Part shown: positions 41,311 through 53,686 of the stretch, piece after piece
How positions within the stretch are numbered: the stretch's first letter is position 1
Layout: every line of letters begins with the position of its first letter
Assembly (NCBI GenBank): GCA_963693365.1
Contig: CAVNZM010000001.1
Span: 2,620,907-2,684,906 of the forward strand
Source: Amoebidium appalachense
Taxonomy: Eukaryota > Protista > Ichthyosporea
Direction of reading: 5' to 3'
Length of the DNA stretch: 64,000 nt
Notes under the pieces: generated by a model
Database searches by the model: none
What the model was told of the DNA's origin: nothing
The model's input: the letters and a program-made list of their open reading frames with translations, nothing else
Position numbers and translations under genes: made by a program

Positions 41311-43539
41311 ATGGCTGAGGTAAGCCCATGGTGCTTTCTTCGCTGTTTTCCTTCTCTGTTTGGGATACACGAATCAGTTGGTAAACGGGAGAGAGTTTTG
41401 GACTTCTTGGCCATGTTTATTCAGTAACTTGTGATCGAATTAAGAAAAAGACTTGCCACTTATTTCTATGCTTACAAGTTACACGTTTTTTTTTTGTTTT
41501 TTTTCTTTTTTGCTTTTCTTGTTCTAAAGGGCAATTCATGAAAGGATGGTAGGCCATTGTGTTATGGTATGCCGGGGGGAGATTTTTTGCGGCATGCCTG
41601 AGCACTACTTGAAAGAGAGCCTTTTTGTAGTGTGCGTCTTTGGGTTAGTTAAGCATGTCTTGAGGTTCACGTGGGGGGGTTTAAATTGTGTGGGCCTTCA
41701 AAGCATTCCTACACTTTCACCCTCAACTCCTTCCACTTCAACTCTGACTCTTCAGACGGAGTTTAGTTCCTTAGACTGTGCGTAGACGCATATTTGGTCC
41801 CTTGTTTAAAGAGCGGAGAAAACACTCCTTTTTGTAGCAAGTGGACAAGTCTGGCTTACCTGTTGTAGGCACTGCATACAGAGATCGAAGTCTGATGCAA
41901 GAATACTGCATATACTGTGTTAGCTTGTGGGTCCACGTTTTTTTTTGTGTTGCTCTTTAAAGCGATCCTTTCGATCTGGGTCTCTGTGTGCACGTTCGTA
42001 TCCAGACACATCATTGGGCAAATTGTGGTGGGAAGAAAACTGTGGAAGCCCTCTAACACAGGGGTGTGAGGTTGTTTTGTTTCCTTGTGCCTGCTCGGGG
42101 TTAGCTTAAGGGTCAGCATATGGTGGTGGAAAGGTTTTATACCTTTTTCCGTGCTCTTTCTTTTGCCAACCCCCTGTGCAGGGAAGGGGGGGGGGGGGGG
42201 GAGTGGGGGGAGATTCGTGCCTTTTCGACGGAGGGGAAGGGGGGGGGGGTGGGACGGACGCGAATGTTAGTCTCACTGCCTTAGCTTAGGGAGGTGCCTG
42301 GGAATGGTTGTCTTGGTTTTCGACTGTGGTGGTGGTGGATTGTGTGTGTGTGTATGTGGGGAGGGGGGGGAGGGGAGGTGGATGGTTGGGGGGAGGGGCA
42401 GGGGCAGGGTTGCTTGTAGCAGGGGAGCCAGTCTGCTTGCTTCCAATTACTGATATGCTGTTTGGTTGTGCCATGGTTTTCTCGGAGTCGTATGTTGCAT
42501 GCTTGTGTGCGTTTGGAAGCAAGCAGCCTGGTTTCGTTTTATTCGGCCCACACCCGTTGCCCGTTGGCAGTGCTGTGTCCAGCAGGCGGCACGCCTGATG
42601 CCCCCGGATGCCTGTATACAAGTTATGTGTTTCTTGGAGCAGACTGGAAACTGGGCCTACCCCAATTGTGACCCCTCCGGTTGTGCATGTCGCCATCAAA
42701 CGCACCAGTATTAACACCCTCTCCACCCCTTGTGCAGCAAATGACGGAGGCTGAGTTCATGGCCAAGTATGGCCGCCCCATGCCTAAGAAGAAGACCTCG
42801 GTTGCCGACAAGGCCATGAAGCGAGGGGTATGCCTCCTCCCCCCCCTTTCCCCCTCCCCCTCTTGCTGATGGGCTCTACTTTTGTTGCATACTATGTGTT
42901 GCCGTTGCTGCATACTTGCATGTTCCTTTTGCATGTGTCTTGAATCGCGTTTCTAATAGCATGTTCCTTTTGCATGTGTCCTGCATCCTGTTTCTAATAG
43001 TGTAGTCGATTTCGTACTGTGTTCCGCAGTCCAAACCTCCCTTCTACATGCACACACATGTGCGCACGCACACGCAGGTACGCACGCACCATGCACATGC
43101 AAGAAACTTCATTGCCACCATCGTCACCATGCCTTGTGTGTATGTGCACACACGCACACAGCAACATCATGTCTATATGCCATGCTCGTGGTCTCTTTCT
43201 TACCCCCTGCGTGTCACTCCTGAAGTGTGCCCTCGCCATCATCTTTGAGTGTGTACTTTTTCCTCCAGCGCTTCCTTACCCCCTCCCCCCCCCCCCCCCC
43301 CCCCCCCCCCCTCTCTCCCCCTCTCCCCCCCCCTTCCCCCCCCCCCCCCCCCCCCCCTCTCTCTCTCCCCCCGCTCCTTTTCCCAAACAATTCCCCCGCC
43401 GTTCTTCTTTCTCAGCCGGCTAGGTTTTTTGGGTTGCCTGGTAAGTTTTGAAATGGAGGTCTCATCTCTGATCTGTCCACCACAGGGTTTTTTTTTTTTT
43501 TTTTTTTTTTTTTTCCCTCCCTCCCTCCCCTCCCTTCCC

Positions 43540-43571
<32 letters not shown>

Positions 43572-44135
43572 TTTTTTTTTTTTTTTTTTTTTCCCTTCTC
43601 CTCCCCCCCCCCCCCCCCCCCCCCCTTCCCCTCCTACCTTCTTTTCCCCCCCCCCCCCCTTCCCCCCCCCCCCCCCCCCCCTGGCCAAACCCTGTATACA
43701 CTCTTCTCATCAGCAGGTCTCTAACCCACTCTGCAGAACGTTTTACGCATTTCTCCCCTCGGAGAACTTGGTCGTTGGTGCGTTTTTGTCTGACATCTAA
43801 CGACTCTGCAGGGTCCCCTGAGACTACTGACACTCTAACATTCCCTCCCCTCTCTTACTTCCCCCCCCCCCCCCCCTCCCCCCCCCCCCCCCCCCCCCCC
43901 CTTTCCCTCCTCCTTCCCCTCCCATTTTCTCTGCACACTCAACAGGTCTTAACCAGCTCTGCACATCGTTAGTCACAATCTTCTCACATATATGAGAGAA
44001 TGATCGTATTGGTACGATTTGTCTAATATCTGACGATTCTGCAGCATCCCTAAGACCCCCCTCCCCCCTCCCCCTCCCCCTCCCCCCCCCCCCCACCTCT
44101 CTTCTCTCTCTCTCTCTCTCTCTCTCTCCCTCTCT

Positions 44136-44217
<82 letters not shown>

Positions 44218-44220
44218 CCT

Positions 44221-44255
<35 letters not shown>

Positions 44256-44316
44256 GTGCCTGTTGTTTTGCTTGTCATTTGTTGTTCTGGTTGATTACCT
44301 GTAATCTTCGCTTATT

Positions 44317-44358
<42 letters not shown>

Positions 44359-45682
44359 GTTGTGCGGGGTTGCACATACCGGTGTCTACTTTTCTTCTTA
44401 CTGTTTTTCTCTCCACACACTTCATCTGTCCACTTCTGCATACCCCCTTTCATAGCTATAGACACACTTCACACATTGCGTTACGCGCACGCATGCACAC
44501 ACCGCTCTGTTGGCGACAGCTCCCTTGGAACCCATGCGGCATGTTACCCGCCGGCGTAACATAACTCGGACTATCGGTTTGGCTTTTTTCAAGCCCAAAG
44601 CAATGGGTGATACCATATTTCCGGCTGACATCCGGGGGCATAGCTTTCCGTTCGAAGACGATAAAGTTCCGCCCTAGTAAGCGTGTTACTACCCTGCGGC
44701 GTGGGTCAAATCTCATATTTTCCCCTCTGATTACGAATTCTGCGGCCTTCGGGACTTAATTCTTTTCAGCTGGTGTAGTATGTTAGCCAGGGAAGTATCG
44801 ACTTAGGTATCGACGGGGGAGCTTCCTAGAAGCCCCGTCTCCTGAGTTCCTATCTATATTTTTCTTGCTTCTGCTTACTGCTGCAACTTTAACCCCCGGC
44901 CTTTCCCACTGCCCTTGCCTGCATAAGCAACCCTGCTCGTCTCTGATCAAGACGGGTGACCTACTCATGTTCAAGTGAAACAGTATCTGAGTTGGGTTTC
45001 GTTAACGAGGGGAATAGGTCGAAACTCGGGTACTGTGGATGACGTGGGCCCCCCCTGAGGATGGGCTCTGCTTATTATGCATACTCTTTATGTATGGCTT
45101 GCATTCTGCATCGTGTTATCCGTTTGTTCTTGTGTACTTCGTACTTTTTGACGCATTCAAACCCCCCCCCCCCCCCCCCCCCCCCCCCGCCCCTGTATGA
45201 GTTATTTGCAATCTGCATAGTGCTCCCCGTCCTGAAGGTGTACTTCGTCCTCTTTAATGCATTCTACCCCCTCTTTCCCCCCCTCTCTCTTTGCACCCCC
45301 CCTCCCCCCCCCTCCCCCCCCCCCCCCCCCCCCCCCTTCCCCGTGACGGATACTTTTCATGTGTACGGTGGACTGTGTATTGTGTTGTACGTTATGGTTG
45401 TGTATTTCGTAGTCTGTAACACATTCTAAAAGCCTTCTCCCTCCCCCACAAACCACCACCACCACCATTATCGCATGGCGTGTGTACGTGCACGGACACA
45501 CATGCGTGTACACACACGCCATAACAAACCTATGTTTGGTTCTTTTTGTCAATTTTTACCACTCCTCATGCGTGTTGTTTTCTATAGGATCTTCTCTGTG
45601 TGTTTTCTTTTTGTTCCCCCCCCCCCCCCCCCCCCCACCGTATAACGTAATGCACGTGCACACGTGCACACATATCACCACA

Positions 45683-45739
<57 letters not shown>

Positions 45740-45997
45740 CCATCGCATCACCTCCATCATCTCTTGCCTCCTCCATATTCCGTCGTTCCAGCACGTGTGG
45801 GGTCCTTGTTGTGTGCACGCACGTGCCCATGCCTCTCTCGTGTCTCTTGTGTCCTACGTCGTGCTTTTTGCGCATTTCCTGGACCTTGCACTGCTTCTAC
45901 TGCTTCCCCACTCGTCTATTTATGTTGCTGACCTGTGTTTAAATTTCTGGTGGACTCTCTCTCTCTCTCTCTCTCTCTCTCCCCCCCCCCCCCCTCT

Positions 45998-46047
<50 letters not shown>

Positions 46048-46234
46048 CCCCCCCCCCCCCTCTCTCTCTCCATCTCTTATCGCTACCTCTATCTCACGCT
46101 TTCTCTTCTCTTCCTCCCCCCTCCCCCCTCCACCCTTGGGGCTCTGCTTCTGATGCATGTTGATTGTGTGATTCGCGAAGTTAGCATAATGTTATCCGTT
46201 GCGAATGTATACATCGTGATCTGTAATGCATCCT

Positions 46235-46268
<34 letters not shown>

Positions 46269-46292
46269 ATCCCCCCCCCTCCCCCTTCCCCT

Positions 46293-46335
<43 letters not shown>

Positions 46336-47098
46336 TGCCTTTCTGATCGTCTTCCTCTCCTTCTCTCTGGCAAGTCCCTCAGACAACCTTAGATCTAATT
46401 CCCTTGTGGCGAACAGCATTCCCTTCCCCCATGCATGCATGCAAGAGGCTGAAGAGCTGTACCTTGATTTCTTTTGGAGCATTGTGAAATCCCCTGGTGG
46501 TGGGCTCTGCTCAATTGCCTTTTGCCTGCATATTCTTTTGGTGTCTGTTTGTGAAAGTGACGTTGTTTGCTCATGTTTGTTTTTGTTTCACATAATGCCC
46601 CCCCCCCCCCCCCCCCCCCCCCTCCCCCCGCGCGGCCCCTGAACCCCACCCCCGCCACCACAGTGACAACTACCACCACACTCTCATACTTGCACTCACT
46701 CACACTCACACATGCCCCACCACCATCCACTCCCAAACACCAACCTCCCTGGTTCCCTGACTCCTGTGCGCATCCACACCCCGTCCACACATCCACACAA
46801 CCACCCATTCCGTTACCTCCTTAACTTTCCTGATATTGGGGGTGTTTTGGTTTTTGGCCTATATTTTTCCTCTCCCTTTAACAAACTGACACCCACACCT
46901 GTTCCTGTGCAGGAGCGCAAGTACTTTGACAGCGGGGACCATTTCATGTGCCAGGCAGGCAAGGGCACGGGTCTTCCCCTGGGCCAGGTCCCACCACCCA
47001 TGCCCACCCCCGAGACCATACCCCACCCGAGCGAGCACAAGGAACATAAGCCCAGCAACCTGATGCAGAGCGCAACCACCACCACCACCGCGTCATGA
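41311..47098 (+). CDS. ENSA: Endosulfine (ENSA/ARPP19/Igo1-like; Greatwall/Rim15 substrate, PP2A-B55 inhibitor), 94 aa
   Basis: Exons 41311-41319 (ATGGCTGAG|GTAAGC), 42738-42827 and 46913-47098, all phase 0. The protein MAEQMTEAEFMAKYGRPMPKKKTSVADKAMKRGERKYFDSGDHFM...PTPETIP contains KYG, the diagnostic KYFDSGD and PTP motifs. Confidence 0.93.
44501..45161 (+). mobile_element. Longest (C)n-tailed family copy (subfamily B) with an upstream hairpin-rich region; 5' boundary uncertain
   Basis: 44956-45161 is nearly identical to 47475-47689 and is followed by a ~27-nt C-run. The upstream ~450 bp is microsatellite-free and hairpin-rich, so its membership in the element is inferred. Confidence 0.7.
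44921..45080 (+). ncRNA. Candidate structured RNA / permuted hammerhead-like ribozyme
   Basis: Stem 44981-44992/45024-45035 with G-U pairs, kink-turn AGU-GA/GA, pseudoknot GACCTA (44958-63)/TAGGTC (45015-20), GAAA at 45021-24, CTGAGGA at 45055-61. Compensatory changes are seen against the copy at 26153-26348. Confidence 0.55.
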
Positions 47099-47474
47099 AA
47101 TACCGAACCCTGTGTACATCCTGCATGACCGTCGTACCTGCCTCTAGCTAGAATATCCCGATGTGAACACCGCTACAAACAGCACAAAAGACAGTCCTGA
47201 TGACACGTAATTTAAAAATCTTTTCGTTTTTCCTGGAAAGTTGTATCCTGATGCATGATGCGTAAATCCATGTTTCCACCCGCGATGTCAGGTCAAGTGT
47301 ATGCTCAGGTCTGGTGTTGGTGTGCCCCTGGCCAACTGTTTAAAGGAACATGCCTGGGGCTGTGCCCTGTCCCCAGTAAACATGCGACATACGTGTACGT
47401 AAAATTTGGGCAAGAAATGCAAGAAATGGACCAAGTCTTTGTAACAACCCCCCCCCCCCCCCCCCCCCCCCCCA

Positions 47475-47759
47475 GTGACCTACTCATGTTCAAGTGAAAC
47501 AGTATCTGAGTTGGGTTTCGTTAACGAGGGGAATAGGTCGAAACTGGGGTACTGTGGATGACGTGGGCCCCCCCTGAGGATGGGCTCGATGGGCTCTGCT
47601 TATTATGCATACTCTTTATGTATGGCTTGCATTCTGCATCGTGTTATCCGTTTGTTCTTGTGTACTTCGTACTTTTTGACGCATTCAAACCCCCCTGCAT
47701 GTGTCCTGCACCACGCTTCTCGTCGTGTATGCGTACTTCGTACCGTGTTCCGCATTCAA
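47475..47759 (+). mobile_element. (C)n-tailed family: subfamily B copy (47475-47689) followed in tandem by a subfamily A fragment (47696-47759)
   Basis: C-runs lie before, between and after the two pieces. The B copy has an internal 9-bp duplication GATGGGCTC. Confidence 0.85.
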
Positions 47760-47955
47760 CCCCCCCCCCCCCCCCCCAGTTACCACTAGGGCCTTCCCGT
47801 TCCAAAATCAAACCCAGCCTACAATGCACATGCATGCCCAGCCAAAATAACAGTCAAGGGACGTCCCCCCCCCCCTCCCCCCGCCCCAAAGCCCCATCTG
47901 GCCCCACATGGCCCGCCCGGTCCCCCTTACATACCCCACACAAAAACACGCACAA

Positions 47956-47987
<32 letters not shown>

Positions 47988-48117
47988 GCGCACACACACG
48001 CAGTGCACACGCGCATGCACGTGCGCGCACACACACGTGTACACACACAAATTAAAAAAAAAAAATAATAATAAAATAAAAAAATAAAATAAAAACAAAA
48101 AAATAAAAACGTTTTGG

Positions 48118-48808
48118 CACACATCCGGATCCATCATGTAGCCCATTCAAATGTATATATGCAGAGCAATATTTTTTTAGATTGCCAACGGTGGTTCTGG
48201 GGTACACACAGTGCCCCCTGCCACGTCATGAGATAGCATTAGTAGAATTAAAAATTAAGATTTAACTCACTGGCTACGAAAGAGCTGCCTCGCACAAGCA
48301 CTGAATTGCATAGGGGCAGATAGTCACAACCGCTGGACTGGGCCGGGAATAAGATAAAATAAAATATAATATGCCGATTGGATCCGCAATTCCACTATTA
48401 AAAATGTGAGTCGTTTGATTGGATCCGCAATTCCACTTTAAAAATTTCGGTTGTGACTATTCGGCCAGATGGTAAGCTACCAGAACGTTTTTTGTTCTCG
48501 CTAAGAAAATAAAAAAAAAAAAGTGTGGCAATTTATCGCAAACTATGTACATGGGCAACCCATAATAGGCAATAAACATATGGTGCCAGAGAGGAACCAG
48601 CCATGCCCTGATAGCTTACCAATTCAGTGCTTGTGCAAGGCAACCCTTTAGTAACCAGTGAGTTTTATACCGTATTGTGAATCTACGAATGATATATCAG
48701 AGTCTCTCACGACGTGGCAGGGGGCACTGTGTGTGCCCCGGAACCACCCAAAGTTTAGGAAAACTTGCTGTGTCAATACAATTAAATGGCATAGGACTCG
48801 GATGTGTG
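48118..48808. mobile_element. MITE/foldback element with ~200-bp imperfect TIRs
   Basis: Inverted blocks are CACACATCCG/CGGATGTGTG, GGTGGTTCTGGGGTACACACAGTGCCCCCTGCCACGTCATGAGA versus its near-perfect reverse complement ending at 48748, and AACTCACTGG..GCACAAGCACTGAATTG versus CAATTCAGTGCTTGTGC..CCAGTGAGTT. Internal direct repeat GATTGGATCCGCAATTCCACT occurs twice. Confidence 0.8.
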
Positions 48809-48839
48809 TGCATTCCTTTTTTTGTTGTTTGTGTGGGTC

Positions 48840-48878
<39 letters not shown>

Positions 48879-48879
48879 A

Positions 48880-48926
<47 letters not shown>

Positions 48927-49054
48927 CTTTGCATGTCCGTTTTAGTGTATAAGCTTGTGGGGTAAGGGAGACCGGGCGGGCCAGGTCAGGTGGGGCCAGG
49001 TGGGGCTTGGTGGGTGGGGGGGATGGGGGATGGAGGGGGAGGATCACATTATTC

Positions 49055-49340
49055 CGTACGACGAACCCTCCCTCGCATTCTCTCGCATCCGATTGGACAG
49101 GACACGATCTGATGACGTAAAATCAGGGCGGAACAGCTCGATCCCCGAGCGACATACAAGGGGACCCTCTAGCGGGGGGTTGGGGGGGCGGCAGCCCCCC
49201 CCATTTAGGGCCCAGGCACACATAGGGTTTTGGTTATTGGGTTTATGTCTTTATTTTGGTAATTTAAATTTTATCAAATTCTGTTTTTTTTACATGCTTA
49301 TGTGAGCGATCTCCCTATACCTAGGGGCCTCCGTCGTACA
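49055..49340. mobile_element. Possible small MITE
   Basis: Short inverted repeat GTACGACG/CGTCGTAC at the ends, and an internal GGGGGGCGGCAGCCCCCC hairpin of a type common in non-autonomous DNA elements. Confidence 0.35.
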
Positions 49341-49662
49341 GACTTACCTCGGGGAGGATGTCCATTGACTGTTTATCTGGGCTGGGCATGCATGTGCATT
49401 GCTGGGTGCAACTGTGAGGCTTAGTTGTGGAGAAGAAGGAAGGGGGTGAGGGTGGAGGAGTTGGGAGGGAGAGGGGGGGGGGGGGGGGGGAGGCCCGGTG
49501 TCTTTCGACAATGTGTGTGCGCAATCGTGTCCGAAGTTGGGAGACTGCTTCCTGCTCCATAGGCGTATGCCTATACCACATAGGCGCATGCCTATGGTTG
49601 AAACGAATTGTCTTCAATAACTTATGCATATGTTTTTGGGATAATGTATGCAATAATAAATG

Positions 49663-49772
<110 letters not shown>

Positions 49773-49842
49773 CCCCCCCCTCTCCCTCCAGAGAATCTTT
49801 CTCTCCCTAATAGTATATCTCTTGCCCCCTCTTTCCCTCTCT

Positions 49843-49958
<116 letters not shown>

Positions 49959-49959
49959 C

Positions 49960-49994
<35 letters not shown>

Positions 49995-50068
49995 CCCCCC
50001 CCCCCCCCCCCCCGTCCGTCCTACCTCCACCACCGTGACATCCACATCCACACACACACACACAGACA

Positions 50069-50156
<88 letters not shown>

Positions 50157-50481
50157 CATACTCATACACTCAGACACAGCAAGTTAGTAGTAAACCGGAC
50201 TGGCGTCTAGATGAATATTCAGGATCCTTGCTTATGAATTCGCTTAAGCGTAAATTGACCAACATATAAGATTATTACACCATCATCATGTCAGAGTTTT
50301 GAAGTAAATTTGACTTATTATTATCCTCCTCTACCCTTACCCCCCCCCTCCCCCCCTCGTCCCCGCCCCTCTCTTGCCCCCTCCCTCCTCCTCCTCCTCC
50401 TCTTTGTGTGTCCTCTTTTCTGCAAAGTCTGTATTGTTGTGTAGGGTTGTGTATGTGTACTGTGTACTCGTCTAATGCAAT

Positions 50482-50527
<46 letters not shown>

Positions 50528-50780
50528 AGCTCACCCGCTCAGTCATTGCTGGTCAGAGGAGTGACCCACCCACATTCACACGAAGCAGTATTTGAAGTTG
50601 GGTGACCCGTGCAATGAAAATTTGGTTCAAACCTCGGATGCTCTACTGAGGTATTCTTTGTGAACATTGCCAAATGATGTCGCATCTATACTCCTCCCCT
50701 CCTCCCCCGCCCCTCCCTCCCCCCCCTCCCCCCCCTCTTCCCCCCTCCCCCCAACAACACCACCACCACCACCACCACCA

Positions 50781-50817
<37 letters not shown>

Positions 50818-51370
50818 ACCCTTCAGCTATATGCATCAACACGGCCACCCAAAAAACAAGAAGAGCTGCATGCTATCCGTGTGTTTTTAGCTCACCGTGG
50901 CCCTGATCATGATCGTTCCTGATATGCTTTATTGCGTATCCCTCCCCCCCCCCCCCTCCCCTCCCCCTCCTCCCCCTCCCCTTCTTTAAATCCCCCCCCC
51001 CCCCCCCCCCCCCCTCACCCTCACCCACACACACACATACACTTGACGTTGAAAAATATCTGCATGCCCAGGGAGGTCTCCCGAACTGGATGGGAGGGTT
51101 GGGAGGGTGGGAAGGGTTGGGTTGAGTTGGGTTGGGTTGCAAGTTTTTTTTTCTTTTTTTTTGGGGGGGGGGGGGGGGAGGGGGGGGGAGGGGGGAGGGG
51201 GGGGGGGAGGGGGGGGGGGGGGGGAGGGAAGGGGGGGGGGGGGGGGGGGATAACAAATGTACTAGCACAGCGAGTTAATTAGCAGGCTTGCAATGTCTAT
51301 TGTGTGTCATATCGACAATGTGCCCATGCACACATCCATACGAGCTCCACGTACCCTCTAGCCCCCCTAG

Positions 51371-51444
<74 letters not shown>

Positions 51445-51923
51445 ACCCCCCCCCCCCCACCCCCACCCCACCCCACCTCTCCCCTCCCTCCGATTCTCTA
51501 GGCGCTTTGGGCACCCATCCAGCCAACCCCTACCGGTACCCACAGTCACTTGCACCAGCATGTACACACACCACCACAAAACTCTACACTTAGCTTCGTA
51601 ATATCATGAGAGTTAACGTTTCTCTATACCTGGTTCCTTCCTCCCCCCCTCCCCCCCCCCCCCCCCCCTCTCTCTCTCCACCCCTCCCCCCCCCCCCTCT
51701 CCTCCACAGACATTATTGCCAGACATGCTAACTTACGATTATCCATGTAAATCGATTGAAGAATATTTCGATAAATGAAAAATTCGGTAGTGATATCCGC
51801 TTATCCCCCTTCAGACGTAAAGGGCAACAGTAGATTCAATGATGCCTGTACTCACACGGATAGGAATACGGTACCACCATGCACGTGCCATTCTCACACC
51901 AGCTAGTAGTACATGTGTTGGTG

Positions 51924-53081
51924 CTAATTCTGTGCCTGGCGAAGGCCGACCAACTCAGCCTTCAGCTGCTCATTTTCCCGCGACAACTCGGCAACTCTTT
52001 GCTGTAGGGCTGATATGTTCATACTCTGTGCCAAAATATCCTCATCTGTCCTTGCATCAGGGCCAGGAATCATTGGTGCACTATCAGGTGCAGGAATCGC
52101 ATTGGTTGCTAGTTCTTGGGATCTGTTTTCGGCACCCAGGTCTGGAAGGGGAACCAACACAACTTCGCTCTGACTTGGTCCGTGTGGTGTAATCATTGCC
52201 AATGCAGAATTCGACGGGGTAGATCGACGCAAATGTGCAAGCGATCCACCACGAGTAATCGACGTTGCTGATTGGCTGCAACCAGCTGCGGGCTCTTTCA
52301 ATTCTTCGATCTCAGGATCGCTGCATCGTGTTTGTTCACGAGCCTTTTGTGAATGACGTGCCTCCTGTCGTAGGCCAGCCGACATGCGGTAACCGGCCGT
52401 CTGCCTGCCCAGATGTGTTGACATGGATGAGGACCTGGTGCCAATGCCACTGTGCGATTTAAAATTACGATCGCGATCGGTGGTGCCGGCAGTGGATTCC
52501 GACCACGATGAGAACCCGTGCAGGTGGCGTGCACACCCCCAGAGGGATAAGACTTTTGGAAGGAGGAAAACGGTTAAGGCGCCAACAAGTGCAAAGAAGA
52601 GGCAGGCGCTGTAGAGGATAAGCATGGCTTCGGTGCTGCCCAAATTTTGAAGTGCAACTCCCGCCAATATGCCGACCAATAGGACGTTGTAGACGAACAC
52701 GGTGAGGAATTTGCCTTCCTGGTACTCGGAGGGCACATGGTACACCTGCAGGGTGTGGGTGGGTGGGTGGGTGGGTCAGTGGTTGGGGGGGGGGTGTGGG
52801 AGGGCTTCGGTAGTGATGATAGTGGTGGAGGAGGGGTGGGGGGAAGGGGGGGGGACACGGGAAGGGGAGGGGGGGGGGGGGAGGGAGAGGGAGGGGGGAA
52901 GGGGGGAGGTAAACATTCGGCAATGGTGGATGGGGGCAGGGAGGGGGGGGAAGGTGAGAGCTGGGCGGCCGGGGGAGGAGGGGCGGAAGAGAGAGAAAAG
53001 GGGGGGGGAGGGGAGGGGGGCGGGGGGGGGGGGACATCTCAGTGTGTGCTGGCAGAGCGAAAAAAGGGTGGACGGGGGGAA

Positions 53082-53117
<36 letters not shown>

Positions 53118-53641
53118 AATGAGCCATAAAATACGAAGTACACATTCACAAGTGACAACACCATGCAGAGTGCAAACCACAAAGAGTATGCATAAAAAGC
53201 AGAGCCCATCCCCCCCGGGGGGTGAGGGGCGGGGAGGGGGAGGAGGGGGGGGAAGGGGGGGGAGGGGGGGGGGGGGGGTCAGAATTTAGCGAGAAATATG
53301 CACTAGCGAGAAATGTGGACTGAGTTTGAAAAACTATGCCGGATGTGTTCCAGTTACCCAGTTAGCTATGGTGCTGTACAGGCCAGATTTACGGGTGTAA
53401 ATCGTGCTGATGGATATTTCTGAGTCACGGAACCGGGAGGTCCGAGGGGATGGCTCCTAAGTGTCTTCTTGAGACAGAGAGGGAGGAGTGTAAGGGGCAC
53501 CGAGACTCGCCACGCGGGGGGAGGGGGGAGGGGGGGGGGGGGGGGGGGGGGGGGGGCTATGTATCTTAATCGAAAGAAAGGAGGGGTGTAGGGGAGGGGA
53601 AGGGAAGGGGTGGGAAGGGGTGGGGGGGGGGGGGTTGGGGG

Positions 53642-53686
<45 letters not shown>

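Noticed and set aside
44956-45062. HDV-like ribozyme, SECIS or TnpB/Fanzor omega-RNA as the identity of the structured RNA
   Set aside because: There is no P1.1/P4/J4-2 segment after the candidate P1. The k-turn lacks the SECIS apical AA spacing. No nuclease ORF or transposon end is linked.
49109-49135. Hammerhead at CTGATGA
   Set aside because: No stem II followed by GAAA.
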